Below, piece after piece: positions 1 through 10,521 of a stretch of 64,000 nucleotides of DNA. Position 1 is the stretch's first letter, and every line of letters begins with the position of its first letter. The stretch lies in NCBI GenBank assembly GCA_963758295.1, contig CAVWUU010000001.1, positions 96,001-160,000 on the forward strand. The letters run 5' to 3'. This DNA comes from Candidatus Eremiobacteria bacterium (GTDB lineage: Bacteria > Vulcanimicrobiota > Vulcanimicrobiia > Vulcanimicrobiales > Vulcanimicrobiaceae). Below the pieces are notes generated by a model. The model was not told where the DNA came from. It saw only the letters and a list, made by a program, of their open reading frames with translations, and did no database searches. The position numbers were made by a program, and so were the translations under genes.

Positions 1-219
1 GGCGGAGGGAATGGAACGATTATTGTCGCCGGCCAGCCTGCGCACACGGTTTCATTCTATTCCGCAAAGAAGGCGACGCATCGGCTCGTTTTCGACAGCG
101 GAGAACTCAGAGGCGACTTTCAGAGCGCGGGACTGGTCGTTTCATCGGCCGGGCGTGAACGCCCCAACGGCTATGTAAACGTCGACGAAGTCGAAATTCT
201 GTCGAAACAGGCTCGTTAG
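1..219 (+). CDS. 3' end of a hypothetical protein truncated by the window edge; beta-rich C-terminal module
   Basis: Frame 1 is open from base 1 to TAG at 217-219 (…TVSFYSAKKATHRLVFDSG…NGYVNVDEVEILSKQAR*) and converges on the stop of the EAL gene. Confidence 0.55.
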   Translation, partial: GGGNGTIIVAGQPAHTVSFYSAKKATHRLVFDSGELRGDFQSAGLVVSSAGRERPNGYVNVDEVEILSKQAR

Positions 220-2180
220 GAAGCGTGCGCCGCGATGAAATGTTGCATCGGAACCGGGCGGCCGAAATGGTAGCCTTGCAGCTCGCGGCATCCGATATCG
301 CGTAAAAATGTCGCCTGTCCAGCCGTTTCTACGCCTTCGCCGATAAGGTTCATATTCAGCGATTCTGCGAGCGTGGTAACGGTACGGCAGATCGCGCGGC
401 TGTACCCGTCGGATTCTGCGTCGCGCACGAATGCGCGGTCGATCTTAATGCACGAAACCGGATACGACTTCAGGTAGCTCAACGTGTTGTAACCGGTTCC
501 GAAATCGTCGATCGCGACGCTCACGCCTTGCCGCCGCAATTCTTGCAACGTCGACGCAGCCGTGGGCACGTCGTCGATAAAAATCTGTTCCGTCATTTCC
601 AATTGCAATTGCGAGGGACTCCAACCCGAAGATGCAAGCGCGGCGGCAACGTCGCCGATTAGCGCCGACGATTGAACGTGACGTGGCGAAATGTTAACGT
701 TCATGCGAATCTTGCCGCCGAGCGATGCTCCCATGGTCACGGCATCGCGGCACGCTCGCTCGAGCGCCCACCGGCCGATGTTTACGACGTTGTCGCTTTC
801 CTCCGCGACGTTCAAGAACGCGTCGGGCGAAAGCAAACCGAGGTCGGGATGCTTCCAACGTAACAATGCCTCCGCCGCGATAAGGCGCCCGCTCCCTGCG
901 TCAATGAGCGGCTGGTAGTACATCACAAATTCATCGCGCGCGACCGCCTTCGTTAGATCCCGCTCGATGCGACTGCGAGCGCTCAAGCGTTGCTCCAGAT
1001 CGGAGTGGTATCGGGCGACCGTTCCGCGCGCCGACTTCTTCGCGTCCAGCAGCGCGATGCCGGCATTCTGAAGCAACAAGTCGCCGCTACCGTCCTGCGG
1101 ATACTCGGCGATGCCGACTTTCACATGCAGTTGATATTGGTTTTGATCGACCGTGAACGGCATCTCGAGGCGCCAGCGCAGGTTATCGATGATCTGCTGG
1201 GCGCTATCGGACTGCTTCGATTCCAATAGCAAGCACGCAAATTCGTCGGCTCCTAACCTGCCCACGCAATGTCCGAGCTGCTCCAGAAAGCGCAAACGTT
1301 CTGCAACCGCGCACAAGAGCCGGTCGCCCACCGAATGACCGACCACGTCGTTGATCTGCGCGAAACGATCGATGTCGATCAGCACGAGCGTGGCCTTGAC
1401 CGCCGCATCGCTCGTGGTCTCTTTCAGCTTCTCGATAAAAATGTGGCGATTCAACAAGCCCGTCAGCGGATCGTGCCGTTCCAAAAACTCGACCGTGCTC
1501 CGCGCCATCACCTGTTCCGTGATGTCGACGACCGTGCCGACGATACGCTGAATCTCACCGAAACGATCGCGTAGAAACGACGCGTGGGTTCGCAAATGGC
1601 GCGTGCCTTGCTCGGGATGCGCGATGCGATATTCCAGGCGCAGTTCGGCGTCCAGCGCGGCCGCGTCGCGTTGCTTGGCGAAAATGCGCCGGTCGTCTTC
1701 GTGCACGCGTTCGGCGGCGGCTTCGAACGGAATGCGTGCTTGCGCGCGGTCGAATCCCCACATACGCGCGAACGCCGGCGTGGTGTTGATCGTCATCGTC
1801 GGCACTTCGAGAACGAAGTGTGCAGAGGACGTCACGTCTTGCGAGCGCGCAAGGGCATCGCGCAGCTCGTGCAACTCGGCACAGTCGTTGCCGGCGATGA
1901 TGACGCTCGCAATGCGGCCCGACTCGTCGCGCAGAGGAAGAATTTCGCCGCTGAATTCGTGAGCGCCGACGCGCCAGCGGGAAAAACGCATCGGCCGTCC
2001 TTCGAACGCGAGACGCACGACGGCGCATACGTGGCGCGTGTCGCTCCACGGCAGCGCTTCCAACGTAGCGAACTTCTTGCGGGCCAGCGATTCGGGAACG
2101 ACGGAAGAAGAGACACCTAAACTACGGTCGACGACCAGCAGCAGGGTCGGGATGGGCGCGTTGCTCTGCCGAGGCGCCAT
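216..2180 (-). CDS. PAS/PAC-GGDEF-EAL protein, probable c-di-GMP phosphodiesterase
   Basis: PAC motif (GTVVDITE), HDPLTGLLNR, degenerate GADEF, and intact EAL motifs AEALLRW, DDFGTGY, KIDRAFV, EGVET. Start set at ATG 2180 after a GGGGGA RBS; the ORF track starts at 2249. Confidence 0.9.
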   Translation of the reverse strand: MAPRQSNAPIPTLLLVVDRSLGVSSSVVPESLARKKFATLEALPWSDTRHVCAVVRLAFEGRPMRFSRWRVGAHEFSGEILPLRDESGRIASVIIAGNDCAELHELRDALARSQDVTSSAHFVLEVPTMTINTTPAFARMWGFDRAQARIPFEAAAERVHEDDRRIFAKQRDAAALDAELRLEYRIAHPEQGTRHLRTHASFLRDRFGEIQRIVGTVVDITEQVMARSTVEFLERHDPLTGLLNRHIFIEKLKETTSDAAVKATLVLIDIDRFAQINDVVGHSVGDRLLCAVAERLRFLEQLGHCVGRLGADEFACLLLESKQSDSAQQIIDNLRWRLEMPFTVDQNQYQLHVKVGIAEYPQDGSGDLLLQNAGIALLDAKKSARGTVARYHSDLEQRLSARSRIERDLTKAVARDEFVMYYQPLIDAGSGRLIAAEALLRWKHPDLGLLSPDAFLNVAEESDNVVNIGRWALERACRDAVTMGASLGGKIRMNVNISPRHVQSSALIGDVAAALASSGWSPSQLQLEMTEQIFIDDVPTAASTLQELRRQGVSVAIDDFGTGYNTLSYLKSYPVSCIKIDRAFVRDAESDGYSRAICRTVTTLAESLNMNLIGEGVETAGQATFLRDIGCRELQGYHFGRPVPMQHFIAAHAS

Positions 2181-2343
2181 CAGGACGCCGTCCCCCTTAA
2201 GAAGCACGAGCCAACACGATTCACGAGCGAGCGCGAACCCGGTGCCCAAAAAAATCGCAGCATCCGCCGCGGGAATTGCTGGAACCGTTGCACCGAGCCG
2301 CTCGCTATCCCTGCGTTCCTAGTGGCGCTCGCTTCCTAAATAG

Positions 2344-2958
2344 CTAAAGCGTGCGCCGCCCTTCCAGAGCTTTGGCGAGCGTAACCTCGTCGGCATAGTC
2401 CAGATCACCACCAATCGGGAGTCCGTAGGCCAGACGCGTAACGATCGCGCCCAACGGCTGTAGAAGGCGCGATAGGTATAATGCGGTGGCTTCCCCTTCG
2501 GCGTTTGGGTTCGTCGCCAGAATGATTTCATGCGGCGCCTCGGCACCGATCCGCTCGATAAGTTCTTTCACGCGCAATTGCGCCGGACCAATGCCGTCCA
2601 TCGGTGAGATCAGGCCGCCTAGCACGTGGTAACGGCCCTTGAATGCGCTCGTCCGTTCGATTGCGTAGATGTCCTTGGCTTCGGCCACCACGCAGACTAT
2701 TTTCGCGTCGCGGCGGTCGTCCGTGCAAAGATCGCATGGGTCTTCTTCCGTCAGCGAAAAGCACACCGAACAAAAACGAACCTTGTCTTTAACGGCAAGG
2801 ATCGCTTCAGCGAGAGATTGCGCTTCGTGCCGCGGACGGTTCAGCAAGTAAAAGACAAGCCGCGCCGCCGTTTTAGGGCCCACCGTAGGCAGCTTGGAAA
2901 ACTCGTTGATGAGCGCTTGGACAGGACCGGCAACGCTGCCGCTGGTTCGCGTGCTCAC
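2344..2958 (-). CDS. recR: Recombination mediator RecR
   Basis: LPTVGPKTAARL HhH, C4 zinc finger (CSVC…CDLC), Toprim (ATNPNAEGEATA); dnaX-ybaB-recR synteny. Confidence 0.98.
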   Translation of the reverse strand: MSTRTSGSVAGPVQALINEFSKLPTVGPKTAARLVFYLLNRPRHEAQSLAEAILAVKDKVRFCSVCFSLTEEDPCDLCTDDRRDAKIVCVVAEAKDIYAIERTSAFKGRYHVLGGLISPMDGIGPAQLRVKELIERIGAEAPHEIILATNPNAEGEATALYLSRLLQPLGAIVTRLAYGLPIGGDLDYADEVTLAKALEGRRTL

Positions 2959-3263
2959 ATCAAGCCGGGAATGCGCATACCGCCCGTCAGGCCGCCCATG
3001 CGGGATTGCGCTTTTTCCGACGCCTTCGTCAGCGCGTCGTTCACCGCGACCGTAACGAGGTCTTCGAGCGTTTCGATATCTTCGGGATCGACCGCATCGG
3101 CGCCGATCTTAATGGACTTCATCCGCTGATCGCACGTCATTTCTACGGTCACGACACCGTTCGCAGCGGTGCCCGATACAACGGTGTTCGCAAGCTCTTC
3201 TTGCGCCTTTACCATCTCGGATTGCATCTTTTTGACTTGCGCCATCAATTGCGCTTGATTCAT
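2955..3263 (-). CDS. ybaB: YbaB/EbfC nucleoid-associated protein
   Basis: 102 aa with VDPEDIETLEDLVTVAVNDAL motif; lies between dnaX and recR. Confidence 0.96.
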   Translation of the reverse strand: MNQAQLMAQVKKMQSEMVKAQEELANTVVSGTAANGVVTVEMTCDQRMKSIKIGADAVDPEDIETLEDLVTVAVNDALTKASEKAQSRMGGLTGGMRIPGLM

Positions 3264-4912
3264 CGTTCAGGCATCCGTTCGTTGGCGTAGTTGAATAGAA
3301 CGTCGACATCTTCGCCCGGATCATCTTCCGGCGCGGGTGCTTCGGCGGCTCGGGGCGCGCTTTTCGCGCTGCCGTCCACCCTTGTCATTACTTTCAACGG
3401 CGTACCCAGCGTATCCGCGATGGCCGTCTCCAGCAGTTTCACGTGATCTTTCAAGATGTCGGCACTGAAACTGTCCGGCAACTTGAGAACGACGGCGTTG
3501 CCCTCCACGCTGTCGACAAGCGTACGTGAAAGCGGTATGCGCAGCGACGCGCGTTCGCTTTCCGCCTTTCCGCGGATGTTGTTCCAGGCCGCGCGGACTT
3601 TTTGCACGGTCACCGGACCGCCGGCGGCCGCCGGACGGCTGGGCGCCGTTTCAGCTTTCGGTTCCCGCATAGGTGCCGGTGCAGCCGCCGGTTCAGGCTG
3701 CGGCTCCGCTTTGGGTTCGGCCACTTTGGCGGCCGGGCGTTTCGGCTCCGCAGACGGCGACGCAACGGCGCGCACGCCGCCCTCTTCTAACGCGGCAAGC
3801 CGCGCGGAAATCGCTTCGAGCGTCGGATCTTCCGATGCCAAGACGAAACGCAAAAGCGCCGTTTCCAGTTCAAGGCGCGCGTTGCCGCCGGTTCGCGCAA
3901 GATTTGCGGCATCGCTGAGCACGCGCAACGCGCGAACGATCGAGGCTTGCGGGACGCTTTGGGCACGTTCCGTTGCGCGCTGGGCGTCTTCGGGCGCCAG
4001 GTCGCGCGAAAGCAATTCCGGATTTACGCGCGCAACGAGGAGATTGCGGAATCCCGCAATCAGCGATCGTGTGAGCACCTGCATGTCGGCGCCCGAGTCG
4101 CTCGCCTCTTCGATGACACGCAGGACGGTCGAAGCGTCGCGGCTCAACACGGCGTCCAACAGAATGTTGGCATAGCCCCGGCCGCTCGCACCGAAGGCCA
4201 GTTCGATTGTGGCCGTCGTGATGGCCCCTTCCGCAAAGGCCGCCGCCTGCTCGAGCATGGTCAATGCGTCACGCAACCCGCCGTCCGCGCGATACGCAAT
4301 TGCAGCAAGCGCCGTTTCGTCGATTTGAATTCCTTCGTACGCCGCAATTTCGCGCATGCGTTCGATCATCACCGGAATCGAAATCCGGCGGAACGCGTAG
4401 CGCTGGCAGCGCGAAAGAATCGTGACGGGCAGCTTCTCCGGCTCGGTCGTGGCCAAAATGAACACCGCATGTGCGGGCGGCTCTTCGAGCGTTTTCAGAA
4501 ACGCGTTCGCACCCTCTTTGGTGAGCATGTGCGCTTCATCGATAATGTACACTTTCATGCGCATCGCCGAAGGCGCAAATTTCACGGCATCGCGAAGCGC
4601 GCGGATCTCGTCGATTCCGCGGTTGCTGGCCGCGTCGATCTCGAGAACGTCGAGCGCGGTTCCGTTCAGCATCGCGACGCAGTTCTCGCAGGTATTGTCG
4701 GGATGAGCGGTCGGGCCGTGTTCGCAATTGATGCAGCGCGCAAGAATTTTTGCCGCCGACGTCTTTCCGGAACCACGCGGTCCGGAGAACATATAGGCGT
4801 GCGCGAGTTTTCCGCCTTCAATAGCGGAAGTAAGAGTGCGGACGACCGCGTCTTGCCCGACGAGGTCAGCGAACGACTTCGGGCGCCAGGTACGGTAAAG
4901 GGACACGCCCAT
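3260..4912 (-). CDS. dnaX: DNA polymerase III subunit gamma/tau
   Basis: LYRTWRPKSF, GPRGSGKTS, EIDAASNRG, IIDEAHML, SRCQ motifs. Confidence 0.98.
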   Translation of the reverse strand: MGVSLYRTWRPKSFADLVGQDAVVRTLTSAIEGGKLAHAYMFSGPRGSGKTSAAKILARCINCEHGPTAHPDNTCENCVAMLNGTALDVLEIDAASNRGIDEIRALRDAVKFAPSAMRMKVYIIDEAHMLTKEGANAFLKTLEEPPAHAVFILATTEPEKLPVTILSRCQRYAFRRISIPVMIERMREIAAYEGIQIDETALAAIAYRADGGLRDALTMLEQAAAFAEGAITTATIELAFGASGRGYANILLDAVLSRDASTVLRVIEEASDSGADMQVLTRSLIAGFRNLLVARVNPELLSRDLAPEDAQRATERAQSVPQASIVRALRVLSDAANLARTGGNARLELETALLRFVLASEDPTLEAISARLAALEEGGVRAVASPSAEPKRPAAKVAEPKAEPQPEPAAAPAPMREPKAETAPSRPAAAGGPVTVQKVRAAWNNIRGKAESERASLRIPLSRTLVDSVEGNAVVLKLPDSFSADILKDHVKLLETAIADTLGTPLKVMTRVDGSAKSAPRAAEAPAPEDDPGEDVDVLFNYANERMPER

Positions 4913-5033
4913 GGATTCGGGCTGTCCGTTTGGCGGCGCCTGCCTGCGGGTACTAGCATTAAGCTAAAGGTAATGCTTTTATATCCGCCGGTGCGCTATG
5001 CTCACTCGGTGGGGAGGCTATAGGAACAGCGTC

Positions 5034-6701
5034 GTGAATTTGCGCGCTGCGCTTACGGAAAAATTCGGGTTCGAGTCTTTTTACCCGGGCCAGGAAGAAG
5101 TTGTCTCGCGTGTCATCGCGGGACAAGATACGCTTGCCATTTTGGCAACCGGTGCCGGCAAAAGTCTCACCTATCAGCTGCCGGCGCTTCTGCTCGAAGG
5201 AACCACGGTCGTCGTTAGCCCGCTCATCGCGCTGATGAAAGATCAGCTCGACATGCTCAAAGAGCGCGGCATTACCGACGTGGTGGCGCTGAACTCCACG
5301 CTTTCCGAAGATCAAGAGATTCGCGCTCGCGAGCGTATTGCGGCGAAGAACATCAAAATCGTTTACACCACGCCCGAAAAGCTCGAAGATCAGACGTTTC
5401 TGCAATTGCTTCAGTCGATCGAGACGCCGCTTTTCGTCGTGGACGAAGCGCATTGTATCTCGCAGTGGGGCCACGATTTTCGTCCGGCCTATCTCGCGCT
5501 CGGCTCCGTCATCAAGCGTCTCGGCCAGCCGACGGTCCTCGCGCTAACCGCAACGGCAACTCCGGCGGTTCGTGAAGACATTCTGCATCAACTCGGAATC
5601 GAACACGTGAAGCCGATCGTCAAAGGCTTCGACCGGCCGAACTTGGTGTACGAAGCACGTAAAGCCGATAAAGAAGCCGACAAGCTCAAGACGCTCAGCC
5701 AAATCTTCACCGGCGCCAATGCTTTAGAAGGCACCGGCATTATCTACACGGCGACCATCAAGAATGCTTTAGAAGTTCAGCACTACCTCACGGATACGCT
5801 GAACATTCCGGCCGCGGTTTACCATTCGAAGCTTCACAAAGAAGACCGCACGCTGGTTCATGAATGCTTTATGAACGAGACGATCCGCGCCGTCGTAGCG
5901 ACGAACGCCTTTGGGCTCGGTATCGACAAGCCGAATATCCGCTTCGTCGTCCATTATGATTTGCCGGGCTCGCTGGAAGCCTACACGCAAGAAGCGGGAC
6001 GCTCCGGCCGCGACGGCGAGAAATCGCGCTGCATTCTCATCTATCGCATGAGCGACACGCGCGTGCAAAACTACTTCCTCACCGGCAAGTATCCGGATAT
6101 TGAAGAAGTGCAGCGCGTCTTCGGAACGATCGAAGTTTTCGGCGGCCAGGAAGAGGGCGTATCGATGACCGATTTGCGCAAGATCCTCCAGCTGCCGCTC
6201 ACTAAGCTCAAAGTCATCCTTGCATTGCTGAAAAAATCCGGCTACGTCGAGATGACTGGCAAGTCGAAGTACGGCTTAACGGAAGCGGTTCGCAAGAATC
6301 GCGATCTCGTGTTGAGTTTGGCGAATTACGAAACGAAGAAATCGTACGACCAGTCGAAGCTCGCTATGATGCTGCAGTACGCCGAGAACACGTCGTGCCG
6401 GCGGCGCTTCATCTTGAATTACTTTGGCGAAGACTTCGATCTGCCGAATTGCGCGAAGTGCGATAACTGCCTGCGCGCCGCGGCCGTTCCCAAACTCGCG
6501 ACGGGGGCCTCGGCGTCGATTGCGGCCGCACTTCCTTCGGGGTCCTACCGAATTTCCGACGTGGTCACGCACCCTAAGTTCGGTACCGGGACGATCGAGC
6601 GCGCCGAAAAAGACCTCGTGACCGTACTCTTTCCGAACGTCGGATACAAAACGCTGTTGGCCTCGGCGGTAAGCCGGGCTGAAGCGGCGAAGATCGCGTA
6701 A
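5034..6701 (+). CDS. recQ: RecQ-family helicase with C-terminal PcrA/UvrD-like Tudor tail
   Basis: [44 protein letters not shown], zinc motif CRR…CAKCDNC. Start set at GTG 5034 after AGGA. Confidence 0.93.
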   Translation: MNLRAALTEKFGFESFYPGQEEVVSRVIAGQDTLAILATGAGKSLTYQLPALLLEGTTVVVSPLIALMKDQLDMLKERGITDVVALNSTLSEDQEIRARERIAAKNIKIVYTTPEKLEDQTFLQLLQSIETPLFVVDEAHCISQWGHDFRPAYLALGSVIKRLGQPTVLALTATATPAVREDILHQLGIEHVKPIVKGFDRPNLVYEARKADKEADKLKTLSQIFTGANALEGTGIIYTATIKNALEVQHYLTDTLNIPAAVYHSKLHKEDRTLVHECFMNETIRAVVATNAFGLGIDKPNIRFVVHYDLPGSLEAYTQEAGRSGRDGEKSRCILIYRMSDTRVQNYFLTGKYPDIEEVQRVFGTIEVFGGQEEGVSMTDLRKILQLPLTKLKVILALLKKSGYVEMTGKSKYGLTEAVRKNRDLVLSLANYETKKSYDQSKLAMMLQYAENTSCRRRFILNYFGEDFDLPNCAKCDNCLRAAAVPKLATGASASIAAALPSGSYRISDVVTHPKFGTGTIERAEKDLVTVLFPNVGYKTLLASAVSRAEAAKIA

Positions 6702-6740
6702 AATAGCTAACGCTCAAACTAAAGGGTGATTTGAGGTAAC

Positions 6741-8484
6741 GTGCTTGCACGCTCGCTGATGGTTGCCGCATGCCTTGCATGCGCCGTTGCCGTCTCCCCC
6801 GCGCATGCGCAAGAAACTCCGGCTCCATCGGCAACGCCGTTCGCCGAGCCGGTAATTACCACGCCGCCGGCGCCGGCCGCTGTCTCCGTCGCCCGAGACG
6901 CAAGTGCCCTCACCGGGTCAGTCGCCGCTGCCGGGTGAAACGCCGGTGCCCGGCGGGAGTTCATCGCCCGGCGTAACGCCTTCGCCGGCCGGCCCGTCGC
7001 CCAGTCTTACGCCTTCGCCGACGCCGCCGCCGATCACGGCGAATCCGCAAAACGCGCAAGTGCCGGTCGGTACACGCAAACCGTCACCCTGAACGGCATC
7101 TTCGGCACCTTTAGCGCGGTGGCGCAGAATCCGCAATTCGCGGACGTTAGCGCGAATCAAGACGCGCGCACGATCTCGATAACGGGCAAAGCTCCGGGCT
7201 CAACGGGCATTGCTATCACCGACGCTCGCGGGATAACGGGCCTCGTCGGCGTGCGCGTCGCTTACAACGCCGCCGTCTTGCCTCAGTTCCTCACGGTGCG
7301 CATTACCGGCGACCCGGCGAACGCCGACTTCCTCCGGCAAACCGTCGCGCGAACGATCGTAAACGCTACGCAGCTGCAAAAAGGTGCGCAGCTCGTCGTA
7401 TCGACCGACGACGTGCCGGTTCACGGAAGCCTGCGCCAGGATAACACGCTGGTCTTCGACGTTCCGGTCCTCGCGCAAGGCGAACAGTTCTTCAGCGTGC
7501 AGGGCAACACGCGCGTGCAACTCGAGAACGTCGCCGCGCCGCGCATTTCACCCGACTCGCTGATGGGTCAGCGACTATCCCGAACGGCTCACGCAGAACG
7601 GCACGTTGTTCACGGCGGACCTCCACCGCAACACGCCCTCGCGCTTTCTGTACTTCCACTACAACCCGCCCGGCGAACCGGATCGGCGCATCGTGCTTGA
7701 TCGCCGAGAACCGCTCGAGCGAACCGGCAACGGTGCAGTTCATTAGCGGACGAGGCGGCCCGTCGAACAACGAAATGGGCGTTGGCCACGACGCTACTCG
7801 CGATTTCCTCGTATCGCGTCGTGCAGAATCAGGGCCGTTTGATACGATTCCCGGATCCTCGACGATGCCGATCGCGATGCAAGACATACCGCGCGGACTC
7901 GATCGTCGCGAACCTGTTGCAGCTGCGCGTGCTCTCCGGCGGAGACATCCACTTGACACTCGTCGCGCAGAACGCCGGCGACGATCCGGCCAGCGCGCTG
8001 ACCACCGGCGCATTGCTTATGAGCACCGTCCGACACGCGCGCGGCATCTACGACATTCCCGAGTTCCACTACGCCACGCAATGGAACGTGAACGACTCAG
8101 TATTTGGAATTGCCGATCGGGCAAATTCCGCTGCCGAACCGCATCAAGGGCGAAGCGCTCGCCGGCGACTACGGCGTGTTGCAATCGTTTGTCGTGAACG
8201 TGCAGAACCCGCTGACTCGTCCGCAAGCGATCGCGATCTACGAGAATCCGCGCGGCGGCCGGTCGACCGGGCACGTACTCATCGACGGCGTGCTGATCCA
8301 ATCGCACCAAGTGCCGCCGTTCTCGCGGTACAAAATCCGGCAGTACGTCATTCCGGCAAAAGGCTTCGTTCGCATCACGATCGTGACGATGCCCGAAGCC
8401 GGATCGAGTTATCCGCTCAAGCTTATTTTCGCGCCGGACGACGGCTCGGTTGCACCGGGCGCGCCGGGATCGCCCGTGTACTGA
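6741..8484 (+). pseudogene. Secreted protein (signal peptide, Pro-rich linker, beta-rich/pilus-assembly-like domains) broken by about eight single-base indels; likely assembly errors
   Basis: A continuous protein-like reading is recovered by switching frame near 6878, 7075, 7566, 7696, 7814, 7845, 7892 and 8097. N-terminal signal peptide ends AHA|Q. Confidence 0.7.
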
Positions 8485-8525
8485 TGCTGGATCATGCCAG
8501 GACCAAACGGTAGAATAGGGTTCTT

Positions 8526-8981
8526 ATGAGCGACGATCTGAACCGCTCGATAGAGTTGCATACCTGCCGGCAGCACCATGTGGTAATCCGGTTCATCGCA
8601 AACGACATCCCCGTGCGCCAGCCATTCGATGCAAACGAAGCGCGCATGCTGTTGTGGCGCCTGAAGACCGTTCTCACGCGACACCTAGCGCTCGAAGATG
8701 AAGAACTCTACCCGGCGCTAAGAATGGCGCAGAACGAGACGATTAGCACACTTGCCGAGCAATATCAAAACGGCATGGGCCACTTGCGGGACGAGTTCTT
8801 GAAGTTGTGCACACGTTGGGACGACGCCGCAAGAATCGCAGCTTTTCCGCAAGAGTTTCTGCACGACTGGCTGGCTATTCGCGAAGCGCTGCTACACCGC
8901 ATGAATGCGGAAGACGACACCCTATATAAAGAAGCGCAAGTGCACTTCGACGACCGCCTGCGCAATCGCAACGCCGGCTAG
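8526..8981 (+). CDS. Hemerythrin (HHE) domain protein
   Basis: QH…HLALEDEELYP…HRMNAEDDTLY metal-ligand pattern. Confidence 0.85.
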   Translation: MSDDLNRSIELHTCRQHHVVIRFIANDIPVRQPFDANEARMLLWRLKTVLTRHLALEDEELYPALRMAQNETISTLAEQYQNGMGHLRDEFLKLCTRWDDAARIAAFPQEFLHDWLAIREALLHRMNAEDDTLYKEAQVHFDDRLRNRNAG

Positions 8982-9511
8982 ACGCTGCTGATTTCAACCG
9001 CATCGCCGGCCCAACGCGCGCGGATGATTCCGTTTTCCGGATGCGGATCGGCAAGCGCATCAAGGGCAAGGGGAAGGCCGATCGAATCGCCCGCGACCGG
9101 CGTGCTCTTCCAAAGTTGAAGGCGCAACAGCGACAGATGCTTCCCGGTTGTCCCGAGATAGTTGTGCTCGCCGTATTCCAGGAAGGGCAATAGCACGGGC
9201 TGCTCGCCGATCGCGCTCGAGGCTGCGCGGCCCCATACGTGCTCTTTGCCGGCGACAATGCCGTCGGAAAAGCGAAATTGCAGCGCTTCTACTTGCACTC
9301 GTTCCGGCGCGCCTGCCGGTTCACCGTCGTTCGTCCACGTCAGCCATCCCAAATCCTCGACGTGTACGCGATATTGAATGCCGCTGCCGATGCCGTCGAT
9401 TCGCACGGCCGTTATCACGGCACCGCTTCCGGCCGGCGCCCCGTCATAAACCGCCGGTTGCCATTCGCCGCCTCGCAGTTCGACCTGATAGCCGACGGAA
9501 TTGGGTTTCAT
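8978..9511 (-). CDS. Hypothetical protein with ChW-like (clostridial hydrophobic W) repeats
   Basis: IQYRVHVEDLGWLTWTNDGEPAG…VEALQF and LGTTGKHLSLLRLQL resemble ChW repeats. ATG 9511 overlaps the GT4 stop (ATGA). Confidence 0.65.
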   Translation of the reverse strand: MKPNSVGYQVELRGGEWQPAVYDGAPAGSGAVITAVRIDGIGSGIQYRVHVEDLGWLTWTNDGEPAGAPERVQVEALQFRFSDGIVAGKEHVWGRAASSAIGEQPVLLPFLEYGEHNYLGTTGKHLSLLRLQLWKSTPVAGDSIGLPLALDALADPHPENGIIRARWAGDAVEISSV

Positions 9512-10521
9512 AGTTCGTACGTCGCGACCATGTCGGCTGCGCTGTTCGTCCACGCGAATCGGTCGATTGCGCGCGAACGGGCCGCAGCCGCCGAATCGTC
9601 TTCGTTGCCGCGAAGCGCTGATTCGAGCGCCGCAGCCCATCCACCAACGTTTTCGAGCGGTTCGACGCGCGCGATGTCGCCTGCAATTTCGGGAAGCGAC
9701 GCGCGATCGGAAACCACGCACGGCGTTCCCGCGCACAGTGCCTGTGCGGCCGCGTAGCCGAAGCCTTCGTACTGCGACGGTACCGCAACGACGCCGCACG
9801 TCCGATAGAGCCCAAGCAGATCTTGGCGATCGACGTAGCCGAGGAATTGCAGGCGATCAGCGACCCCGAACTCTTGCGCTAACGCGAGACATTCGTCTTG
9901 ATACGGCGTGTACGGGCCGACGGAAATCACACGCGCATCGGGAAGCGCCGGCAACGCACGAATAACGGTTTCGAGGTTCTTTCGCCGTTCCACGGTTCCA
10001 ACCACGAGAATCGTCCGGCCGTCGCCGCCGTTACGTTGCAGCCCGAAAAAATCGGTTGAAACGCCGGGATAGACCACGCGCACGCGCGATGCGTCGAGCT
10101 GCGGCACCACCGCGAGCAACTCGCGGCGCGAAAATTCGGAATCGACCGCAATCGCCCGGACGTTGCGATAGCGGTCGATCGAAAATTTTCCGAAATAGTA
10201 GCGCGCGTACGGCCGCACGTGCGCCTGCACGCGAAGCCACGCAACGTCGTGCACCGTCGCTACGACCGGCAGCGAAGCAGTAAGCGGAATCGTGCCCGAC
10301 GCACAGTGCAAGAGGTCGGCGCCGGATTGACGCGCGCGTTGCGGCAGCAAAACTTGATCCCAGTAAACGCGGCGATCGAAGCGCCACGGATCGAGATTCG
10401 GTTCGCTTAACGTGAGGACTTCGATGCCGCGTGCTTCGAGCGCATCGATCAGGCCGCGCACGTACTCACCGATGCCCGTGGCGGTGCCGACGGCGAGTTG
10501 CGCGTCGATAGCAACTTTCAC
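9508..10521 (-). CDS. GT4-family glycosyltransferase
   Basis: TGIGEY, TVHDV, VGTVERRKN, PSQYEGFG, SLPEIAGD motifs. Confidence 0.93.
   Translation of the reverse strand: MKVAIDAQLAVGTATGIGEYVRGLIDALEARGIEVLTLSEPNLDPWRFDRRVYWDQVLLPQRARQSGADLLHCASGTIPLTASLPVVATVHDVAWLRVQAHVRPYARYYFGKFSIDRYRNVRAIAVDSEFSRRELLAVVPQLDASRVRVVYPGVSTDFFGLQRNGGDGRTILVVGTVERRKNLETVIRALPALPDARVISVGPYTPYQDECLALAQEFGVADRLQFLGYVDRQDLLGLYRTCGVVAVPSQYEGFGYAAAQALCAGTPCVVSDRASLPEIAGDIARVEPLENVGGWAAALESALRGNEDDSAAAARSRAIDRFAWTNSAADMVATYEL

Noticed and set aside
3947..5023. 358-aa plus-strand ORF, and similar long antisense ORFs at 18164-19195, 28678-29580, 33184-34188, 35175-36116 and 44701-45825
   Set aside because: Shadows of well-supported genes on the opposite strand in GC-rich DNA; no recognisable motifs.
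4913..5033. SRP RNA (ffs) often found upstream of dnaX
   Set aside because: No CAGG-GAA-GCAG SRP domain IV pattern; the spacer looks like a divergent promoter region.
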